DNA from: an uncultured Desulfovibrionaceae bacterium
Lineage (GTDB): Bacteria > Desulfobacterota > Desulfovibrionia > Desulfovibrionales > Desulfovibrionaceae
Direction of reading: 5' to 3'
DNA length: 64,000 nucleotides
Assembly (NCBI GenBank): GCA_964371505.1
Contig: CAYJNG010000001.1
Coordinates: 86 to 64,085 of the forward strand
The notes beneath the pieces are model-generated. The model did no database searches. It was given only the letters and a program-made list of their open reading frames with translations, and was not told the DNA's origin. A program made the translations under genes and the position numbers. This document shows, in pieces, positions 57,053 to 64,000 of the stretch (positions are counted from its first letter, which is position 1; each line of letters starts with the position of its first letter).

Positions 57053-58438
57053 TTACTTCATGATATTTTGAGCTTCTCTTTCTTTAAACTCTTTCACAGT
57101 GGCAAGTACCACAGGGCTGAGCATAAGAATGGCAATCAAGTTGGGGATGGCCATACAAGCATTTAAGGTGTCAGAAAGAAGCCATACGGTTTCTAACTTG
57201 GCTACGGCGCCAATGGGCACTACCAAGGTAAAGATGATGCGGAAAGGCTTTAGGGCTGCATCACCAAAGAGGTAAATAACGCAACGCTCACTGTATACGC
57301 ACCAGCCAAGAATGGTGGTGAAAGCAAAAAGCGCTAAAGAGATGGTAACGATTACGCCGCCAGCACCTGTAGGCAAGATGCCATCAAGTACAGAGTTAAA
57401 GGCAGCTGTTGTTAAGGCAGCGCCGTTAACAGTACCGGGGCCATTATCCAAGAGGCCGGAAGCTAAAATGGCAAAGCCGGTCATGGAGCAGATGATAATG
57501 GTATCAATAAAGGTGCCGAGCATACCGATGAGAGCTTGGTTTACAGGCTCTTTGGTGGTGGCTGTGGCGTGAGCAATAGGGGCAGAACCAAGGCCGGCTT
57601 CGTTAGAGAAAACACCGCGGGCCACACCAAAGCGAATGGTCATCCAAATGGAGGCACCAAAGGCAGCAGAAGGTGTGAAGGCTTCTTCGATAATCATACC
57701 AAAGATATGGGGAATCATATCCACTTTAACGATGATAACTAGTAAGGAGGCAGCCACGTAAAAAAGAGCCATGATGGGAACAACTTTACCAGCCACAGCA
57801 CCAATACGCTTTACACCACCAATGAGCACGGCACCTACAAACACGGTGAGGGCAGCGGCTGTTACGTAAGGATCTATGCTAAAGGTGGCTTCTACAGCGC
57901 CAGCAATGGAGTTGGTTTGGGTCATGTTGCCGATACCAAAACCAGCGATGGCACCAAAGATAGCAAAGGCGGTGCCCATCCAAGCCCACTTGGGCCCAAG
58001 ACCGTTTTTGATATAGTACATGGGGCCACCCACCACGTTACCTTCGGGGGTTACCTCACGAAAACGTACGGCAAGAAGTACTTCAGAAAATTTAGTGGCC
58101 ATACCTACCATGGCGGTACACCACATCCAGAAAATGGCGCCGGGGCCACCCACAAAGATAGCTGTGGCAACACCGGCAATGTTACCGGTACCTACTGTGG
58201 CAGAAAGGGCTGTCATAAGCGCATTAAAAGGAGACAATTCACCATCGGCGCTATCGTCTTGCTTTCTATGTGTCCAGAGTTTTTTAAAGCCATCGGGAAT
58301 ACGCATGAAGGTTAAAAAACGTAAGCCAAAGGTGAGGAACACACCTGTGCCGAGTAACAGAACAAGCATGAGCGGGCCCCATACTACGCCGTTGACGGCA
58401 TTTAAAATGTCTGTAACAAATTTAATAAAAGCTTCCAT
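57053..58438 (-). CDS. Alanine/glycine:cation symporter (AGCS family)
   Basis: 461-aa polytopic protein. The N-terminal block VWGPLMLVLLLGTGVFLTFGLRF and the FSNEAGLGSAP motif are typical of AGCS. GAGGAG lies upstream of ATG 58438. Confidence 0.88.
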   Translation of the reverse strand: MEAFIKFVTDILNAVNGVVWGPLMLVLLLGTGVFLTFGLRFLTFMRIPDGFKKLWTHRKQDDSADGELSPFNALMTALSATVGTGNIAGVATAIFVGGPGAIFWMWCTAMVGMATKFSEVLLAVRFREVTPEGNVVGGPMYYIKNGLGPKWAWMGTAFAIFGAIAGFGIGNMTQTNSIAGAVEATFSIDPYVTAAALTVFVGAVLIGGVKRIGAVAGKVVPIMALFYVAASLLVIIVKVDMIPHIFGMIIEEAFTPSAAFGASIWMTIRFGVARGVFSNEAGLGSAPIAHATATTKEPVNQALIGMLGTFIDTIIICSMTGFAILASGLLDNGPGTVNGAALTTAAFNSVLDGILPTGAGGVIVTISLALFAFTTILGWCVYSERCVIYLFGDAALKPFRIIFTLVVPIGAVAKLETVWLLSDTLNACMAIPNLIAILMLSPVVLATVKEFKEREAQNIMK

Positions 58439-58656
58439 ATAATCTCCTCTGCTAGATTTAGGTATCACGTTAAGCATTGTGCTATTATAAAAAATGCCCC
58501 CAGTATGTGTATACGGTATGCTATTTTATCACAAAGATAAATATTTTTTTGGTATATTGGCAAAAAAAGACTTTTTTCACGAAGTGTGTGGGCTATTTTA
58601 CTAAAAAGTAGAACGTGGCACGGTGTATATTTGCAAGCGTGTGTGCAACACAGTCC

Positions 58657-59934
58657 TTATTGTTCAGCCTCTTTCGCGTCACATTGTTCCATAAGTATGC
58701 GGGGAATGGGCCGCGCATTTTGCATAAGCTTTTGTTGTAATTGCTGGGCTTTTTCTTGCCACTGGGCTTGTTTGCGTAATTGGCAAAGCCACTCAAAAGC
58801 TGAGTAATCAAAATGTTTGTGGCTTTCTTGAAAATTTCTTTCTAGCCAAAGTTCAATAATATCCAGTCGGCATTGTACTAATATGCGGCAAACGTTGTGT
58901 TTATCACGCAAGTTACAAATGCCAAAGAGTAGCTGAGCTTGTAAGGGCAGATGCTTTGTAAGAACAGGGGATTCTGCTTTTTTTAAGCATTCATAGGCAA
59001 AATAATGGCAAGAGGCTCGATTGTTTTTGCGCTTCTGTAGCCAAGAGAGTAACTGCGCCAGCGCAGCATCACCATTGGTGCAATGTACCAAAATTTCTAA
59101 CCAATTTTCAAAGCGCGTTTGCGGCTCTTCCATGCCTGGCAGGTCTTCGTCGTGGGCGATGCTTTCCTTCAGGGCCAGCACAGATTCTTTATAGCTTCCC
59201 TTTTTGTTTTGTGCTGCCAGGGGTAAAGGCGGGGAGCTTTTTTGCTCCATGTCTTCAGAGCTGTCTATACGATATAAAAATTCTTTCACTGCTTTTTCAT
59301 ACAAGGTTATATCTTGTGCGTGACGCTCATAAAAAAGATCTTTGCAGTGAGTGCTTAGGCCCCATTCTTCTTGGGCTGAAACATTTTTTACCGTAATTTT
59401 TTGTTGCGCCAAGGCAGGTATGCTTTGTGATAAGAGTTTTATGGATTTTGCAAAATACTCTTGTAAACCAAAGAAAACATAACGGGAGAAGAGGTTTTCT
59501 TCTGCTAAAGCGGCGTTGCCATGTCCCAAATAATGTATAAGCATATTGGGCTTAAATTCCAGCAAGATTTTTTCTTCTGAGCGCATGTAAAAAGGATCAA
59601 AAGGAGTAAGCCATCGAAAAAATCGTATGAGGGATTGCGCGAGTGTCCAAGGGTGGCGTAAAATGGTGATATAAAAATACGGCGTGTTTTCTGGGAGATA
59701 ATGCTCAAGACCGCTGACGCCGTGCCCATGGTAGAATTGTCTGTCCATGGGCACGGCGTTAAAGTCAAAAATGCTGTGGTGCACATCGCAGGCATGCGGA
59801 TAGCACCCGCGCAGCATATGCGTGAGGCTAAGCCCGCCGCACTTGGGGATATGGTTATAAAAAAGCACAGCATCTCGGCTTATGTTTGGCTCCAAAAGCG
59901 TATGCCGTGCAACGTAGGTTATTTCTTGTGCCAT
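58657..59934 (-). CDS. Sulfotransferase-family protein with a long helical C-terminal domain
   Basis: FYNHIPKCGGLSLTHML resembles the PAPS 5'-phosphosulfate-binding loop (hIPKtGGTS) of family-2 sulfotransferases. ATG 59934 lies 1 nt after the upstream gene's TAG. Confidence 0.6.
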   Translation of the reverse strand: MAQEITYVARHTLLEPNISRDAVLFYNHIPKCGGLSLTHMLRGCYPHACDVHHSIFDFNAVPMDRQFYHGHGVSGLEHYLPENTPYFYITILRHPWTLAQSLIRFFRWLTPFDPFYMRSEEKILLEFKPNMLIHYLGHGNAALAEENLFSRYVFFGLQEYFAKSIKLLSQSIPALAQQKITVKNVSAQEEWGLSTHCKDLFYERHAQDITLYEKAVKEFLYRIDSSEDMEQKSSPPLPLAAQNKKGSYKESVLALKESIAHDEDLPGMEEPQTRFENWLEILVHCTNGDAALAQLLSWLQKRKNNRASCHYFAYECLKKAESPVLTKHLPLQAQLLFGICNLRDKHNVCRILVQCRLDIIELWLERNFQESHKHFDYSAFEWLCQLRKQAQWQEKAQQLQQKLMQNARPIPRILMEQCDAKEAEQ

Positions 59935-59935
59935 A

Positions 59936-60847
59936 CTAAGACTCTTGCAAGGTATGGTGCAAAGTAATAAGTAATGCAGCGCGGTGTAAGAACATTCTTT
60001 GCGCTTGTAAATCGGCTTCAGCCTTGGCATACTTGGCCTTGGGCTCTGTGGCTACAATGCGTACCTCAGGCAAAGCATAGGCAAGATTTGCTTCTGTTAA
60101 AGCAAGGCCCTTTTCCCAAATAAAGTTATCGCTTACAGGGTAAATGGGTATGGGCTTGGCAGGGGTTTTGGCCGTGGTCATGGCTTCTAAGCTTTCGTCC
60201 ATATAGATGATATGTGCTTCGTCAAGGGCAAGGCGTGGCTCACGCGTCATAAATATTTTTGCCCCTGCCTTTAAGGCCATGTCGGTGCTGCTATGGTCTG
60301 GGTCGCTCCAAGTGGGGATGCCCATGAAAAGCTCATAAGGGGTGTAAATGGCTGCTTCCATAAGGGACTGCGCCACAGGGCTTACGCCCCCAAGCCAACA
60401 TATGCGCCATGAATCGAGATTTTGGGTAAGGCTTACAGTAAAGGCCGCTTCAGCTAAGCCGGCCCACGGGCAAGCGCACTCGGCAAGGCCGTTGAACCAA
60501 GCCCCTTGAGCTTGTCTTGTTAGGATAAGTAATTGCGTTTCGTTAAAGCCACAGGTGATATTGAGGGTATTAGCGCCGTCATAAGCTTGTGCGGCGGCTT
60601 CTAAAGCTTCGCTGTCCATGTGGGTGCAGTCATGCTCAGTATAGGGCAAGCCTTGTTCTTGCAACAATTGTAAAAAGGCTTGCTTATCCTGCTCATTTTT
60701 TGGGCCTACCCATAGGTGCAAGGGCGTTTTTTGAATCTCAGCACGCAAAGTTTGCAAATGTTCCTCGTTGGCATCGGTAACATTTTGTAAAAGTTGCCAA
60801 AAAGTGTTTTGACCAAGGTCAAGAAGGCGTAAAAATTTTTTTTGCAT
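59936..60847 (-). CDS. Aspartate/ornithine carbamoyltransferase-fold protein lacking the canonical catalytic motifs
   Basis: The collinear blocks are KKFLRLLDLGQNTFWQLL, WFNGLAECACPWAGLAE, ICWLGGVSPVAQSLMEAA, IIYMDESLEAM and AYALPEV. They occupy the positions of the family blocks around STRTR, HPxQ and HCLP, but those catalytic residues are replaced. Confidence 0.45.
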   Translation of the reverse strand: MQKKFLRLLDLGQNTFWQLLQNVTDANEEHLQTLRAEIQKTPLHLWVGPKNEQDKQAFLQLLQEQGLPYTEHDCTHMDSEALEAAAQAYDGANTLNITCGFNETQLLILTRQAQGAWFNGLAECACPWAGLAEAAFTVSLTQNLDSWRICWLGGVSPVAQSLMEAAIYTPYELFMGIPTWSDPDHSSTDMALKAGAKIFMTREPRLALDEAHIIYMDESLEAMTTAKTPAKPIPIYPVSDNFIWEKGLALTEANLAYALPEVRIVATEPKAKYAKAEADLQAQRMFLHRAALLITLHHTLQES

Positions 60848-61017
60848 GTGAGCTCCTTAGAGTAGTCGTATTGGCGTGCAAACTAAGGTTGGAACCTGCC
60901 AAATATTTTGCACAGCTTTGTACACTTGGGTAAGTGAACTCCATACAATTACCTTAGACTAGCCCTTGGGCGCAAGATGCCAAGGCAAAAAAAATGTATT
61001 TAACGAAAGGAAAAGGC

Positions 61018-61824
61018 ATGAAGATTGCCCCAAAAAAAATTCACCATGGGTGGCAAAGGCAATATAGAGAGCGTTGTGCGCCGCGCCAAGGAGAGCGTGT
61101 TTTTCAGATAGTGCGCGGAGAAAGTGATTTACGCATTCTTGTGGGCGGAGGGCAAGAGGAGCAAACGCAGCAAGAGCTAGCCGCACACATGTGTCAAACG
61201 CTAGAGCGTTTGCGGGCAGATGTGAGCTCTTGGGCGAGGGTGTATCCTGAGTTTCGTACCTCCCTAGCGCCCCTACCCCTGCCAGAGAATGCACCGCAGG
61301 TAATACAGCGCATGTATGCCGGTGCGGCTTTGGCTGCTGTGGGGCCTTTTGCCGCCGTGGCAGGCACCATTTCGCAGATGCTTGTGGAGGCTCACAAAGA
61401 GCAATTTTCTGATATTATAGTGGAAAACGGTGGTGATGTGTACATGCATTCTTCCAAGGAGCGCGTGGTAGCTCTTTTGGCTCAGCCGCAAAGCGTAGAA
61501 AACGCAGAAGACAGTGCGCATGACGGTACCGCTTATCTTGGCTTGCGCTTTACGGAGCAAGATTTTCCTCTGGCTTTATGCGCTTCTTCTGCCACCATTG
61601 GTCATTCTTTAAGCCTTGGCAGGGGTGAACTTGCAGTGGTGCGAGCGCGTGATGGTGCCTTGGCAGATGCTGTGGCTACCGCCATGGGGAATAGGCTTAA
61701 GGGTGCTTCTTCGGTGCAGCAGGCACTGGATTTTGGCCAAAGTATTGAAGGTGTGGAGGGGCTTTTTGTGCAATGTGATGACGCATTGGGGCTTTGGGGC
61801 GCCATGGAATTGGTGGCGCTGTAG
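61018..61824 (+). CDS. UPF0280 family protein (ApbE-like fold)
   Basis: VGPFAAVAGTISQMLVEA...IIVENGGDVYM matches the UPF0280 signature as I recall it. The start is set at ATG 61018. Confidence 0.65.
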   Translation: MKIAPKKIHHGWQRQYRERCAPRQGERVFQIVRGESDLRILVGGGQEEQTQQELAAHMCQTLERLRADVSSWARVYPEFRTSLAPLPLPENAPQVIQRMYAGAALAAVGPFAAVAGTISQMLVEAHKEQFSDIIVENGGDVYMHSSKERVVALLAQPQSVENAEDSAHDGTAYLGLRFTEQDFPLALCASSATIGHSLSLGRGELAVVRARDGALADAVATAMGNRLKGASSVQQALDFGQSIEGVEGLFVQCDDALGLWGAMELVAL

Positions 61825-61995
61825 TCTTTTTATTTTTTCTTCAACGCTAAGTGTACGGTATACTGTATATAGTTTTGTGAAAAGAGTCACGTAGGCAGCA
61901 AAAAAATAATGTTTGGTTTTTATGTAAAATGTGCTAATGTTTTTTGGTAGGTTTATTTGTTTTCACATTAAAACTATCCTTATTTGGGAGGAAAG

Positions 61996-63120
61996 ATGAA
62001 AAAGTTTTTTACGCTTCTTTGTGTCTTAATGCTCTCTTTAGCCGGTGCCGTAGTGGCTTTTGCTGGCGAAATTAAAGTGGGCCTTATGTGTCCGCTTACT
62101 GGTAAATGGGCCTCTGAAGGGCAGGATATGAAAAATGTTGTATCCATGCTCGTGGACGAAGTAAATGCTAAAGGCGGCATTAACGGCGATACCATTAAGC
62201 TCATCGTAGAAGATGATGCCGGTGATCCACGTAACGCAGCGCTTGCTTCGCAAAAGCTTGCTTCTGCAGGTGTAGTGGCTGTTATTGGTACCTACGGCTC
62301 TGCTGTTACTGAAGCTTCTCAAAATATCTTAAATGAATCCGAAATTGTACAAGTGGCCACAGGTGCTACCTCTGTACGTCTTACAGAAAAAGGTTATAAA
62401 AACTTTTTCCGCACATGTCCGCGTGACGATGCTCAAGGTATTGCCGCGGCCAGCACTATTTTAAAAAATGGCTACAAATCTGTAGCTTTATTGCACGATA
62501 ATTCTTCTTATGCCAAGGGCTTTGCTGAAGAAGTAAAGGCTATTTTGGATGAGAAGGGAGTGAAAGTTGTTTTTTATGACGCTTTGAGTCCCGGTGAGCG
62601 CGACTATAACGCTATTTTAACCAAATTGCGTTCCGCTAAGCCTGAAGCTGTGTTCTTTACCGGTTACTATCCTGAAGCCGGCATGCTTTTACGCCAAAAA
62701 AGTGAAATGGGCTGGGATGTACCTTTCCTTGGTGGCGATGCTTCCAATCACCAAGACCTTGTAAAAATTGCCGGTAATGCTGCCGCCAATAATTACATCT
62801 TCATTAGCCCTCCATTACCACAGGATTTGGATTCTCAAGAAGCTACTAAGTTCTTGCAGGATTATAAGGCAAAATACAATGCTATCCCTCTTTCTGTATA
62901 CTCCATCTTAGCAGGCGATGCGTTTAAAGCGCTTGTGGCTGCTTTTGAAGCCGGTAAAAAAGAATCTGCAGATATTATGGCTTTCTTGCCCACGCTTAAG
63001 GGCCTTCCTGGTTTCTCCGGTGAAATTGGCTTTAATGCCAAGGGTGACCGTGTAGGCGACTTCTACCGCACCTATGTTGTGGATGATAAGGGTAACTTTG
63101 TTTTACAGCCCATTAAATAA
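61996..63120 (+). CDS. Branched-chain amino acid ABC transporter substrate-binding protein (LivJ/LivK-like)
   Basis: GGGAGG lies upstream of ATG 61996. It has a signal peptide and IKVGLMCPLTGKWASEGQD, the type 1 periplasmic binding fold pattern. Confidence 0.85.
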   Translation: MKKFFTLLCVLMLSLAGAVVAFAGEIKVGLMCPLTGKWASEGQDMKNVVSMLVDEVNAKGGINGDTIKLIVEDDAGDPRNAALASQKLASAGVVAVIGTYGSAVTEASQNILNESEIVQVATGATSVRLTEKGYKNFFRTCPRDDAQGIAAASTILKNGYKSVALLHDNSSYAKGFAEEVKAILDEKGVKVVFYDALSPGERDYNAILTKLRSAKPEAVFFTGYYPEAGMLLRQKSEMGWDVPFLGGDASNHQDLVKIAGNAAANNYIFISPPLPQDLDSQEATKFLQDYKAKYNAIPLSVYSILAGDAFKALVAAFEAGKKESADIMAFLPTLKGLPGFSGEIGFNAKGDRVGDFYRTYVVDDKGNFVLQPIK

Positions 63121-63163
63121 TTGAAGTAAATGTGGAGAAGGGCTTAGGCCTTTCTCAGTACAT

Positions 63164-63200
63164 AAGCCCGCATTGCGTAGCTCGCATTGCGGGCTTTTTT
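63164..63200 (+). terminator. Intrinsic terminator
   Basis: AAGCCCGCA...TGCGGGCTT stem followed by TTTT. Confidence 0.75.
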
Positions 63201-63423
63201 ATGGGTAGGAGCCTATAGTAAAACCCCTGAGGGATAGCCATGATATGCGGGCGCTAGCTTTTATGACATCATGATTTGGGGCATGTTAAGTGTAAGTGCA
63301 GGTGTTAATTATGAGGGCTTATAGAGTAGGGAGGGGCTGCAGGTAAGCACTGCCCCTAGTGAGGTAAGAATTAGCTACTGTTAGCTTAGCAAGGCAGGAA
63401 AAGATATGGGATATGCGAGCAGG

Positions 63424-63684
63424 TTAGTCAAATTTGGTGCCACCATGGGGTAAAAATTTAATGGTGTCGCGATTGTTTCTTTCGGCTTCCATGGTAACGG
63501 GCACATCATTATAGTAAAGGGCGCCTGTCATAATGTCATTATCCTTAGCAACTTGACCGTAATGGGCCAAAGCGGGGATGTTATCTACCAGTACAGGGGT
63601 TACATGCCAAATAACAAACCAAATGCCAAGGCATAAACCAACTAATTGACACAGGCCCTTGGTGAAAGATTTTTGCTGTTCCAT
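63424..63684 (-). CDS. Small single-TM protein (86 aa), hypothetical
   Basis: One hydrophobic helix (LCQLVGLCLGIWFVIWHV) followed by a soluble tail. It lies immediately downstream of a YeiH-like gene on the same strand. Confidence 0.5.
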   Translation of the reverse strand: MEQQKSFTKGLCQLVGLCLGIWFVIWHVTPVLVDNIPALAHYGQVAKDNDIMTGALYYNDVPVTMEAERNNRDTIKFLPHGGTKFD

Positions 63685-63741
63685 GATGCGTTCTCTTTTT
63701 TAGAAAAAAGGGGCCGACAAGCGGCCCCTAGATGTACGGTA

Positions 63742-64000
63742 TTAGATTCTTGCTGTAATTTCAGGGAATACAACATAGAACATAATGTAAGCCATGGTAA
63801 GGGTAAGGAGCAAGTTAAAGCTCTGACCGCAAACATAGAGGATAACCGGCTTGCCGCCCTTGAAGTAGTGCGTAAGCTCGCGGAAGTTGGTAGCAAGACC
63901 AATGGCCGCAAAGGAGAGGTTAAAGCACCAACCACGTAAGGGTGAGGTTAAGCTCTTAATGGTACCTGCAGTGAGTAGGCCTTGGCTCATGTCAGAACCA
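63742..64000 (-). CDS. C-terminal part of a polytopic membrane protein, YeiH/UPF0324-like (5' end outside the window)
   Basis: [27 protein letters not shown] resembles the AMAALGL.T...L...G.KP block of YeiH. The frame stays open to the window edge. Confidence 0.5.
   Translation of the reverse strand, partial: GSDMSQGLLTAGTIKSLTSPLRGWCFNLSFAAIGLATNFRELTHYFKGGKPVILYVCGQSFNLLLTLTMAYIMFYVVFPEITARI

Overview
This is a 64-kb chromosomal segment of roughly 50% GC, densely coding with about 60 genes. Gene content and order suggest a Desulfovibrionales-like anaerobe; this is an inference from NfnAB, a DsrE-like gene, and the folD-eno-coaX and rib-nusB-leuS-holA-radC-lon arrangements. The main blocks are as follows. 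(1) folD, eno and coaX. (2) A full C-P lyase phosphonate cluster on the minus strand, phnGHIJKL / phnN / phnC-phnE-phnM-DUF1045. It lacks phnD, F, O and P and is broken by AT-rich spacers carrying large palindromes. (3) A PuuD-like amidohydrolase plus a paired SMR exporter. (4) An accessory envelope and cyclic-nucleotide island: a secreted FecR-domain protein, a small secreted DUF1036-like protein, a TPR + beta-barrel outer-membrane protein (Slam/DUF560-like), an MBL-GAF-HD-GYP phosphodiesterase, and a convergent CHASE2 class III cyclase. (5) Directly upstream of the cyclase, an orphan three-gene operon. It encodes a radical-SAM/SPASM enzyme and two paralogous FemABX/MprF-C-like proteins, one fused to a TraB/GumN domain. 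I cannot assign it to any described pathway, and I consider it the best candidate for an undescribed system. (6) dCMP deaminase-ribD-ribE-ribBA-ribH-nusB, then leuS, holA, radC and lon. (7) A YeiH-like transporter, nfnAB, fabD, argS, a SPOR protein, mlaEFDCA and an M16 peptidase. (8) A GT2 glycosyltransferase, an AGCS symporter, a sulfotransferase translationally coupled to a motif-less carbamoyltransferase-fold protein, a UPF0280 protein and a LivJ-like binding protein. Reading by eye I found no rRNA, tRNA, CRISPR array, IS element, integrase or prophage signature. All family assignments come from motif recognition and recall, not from searches.
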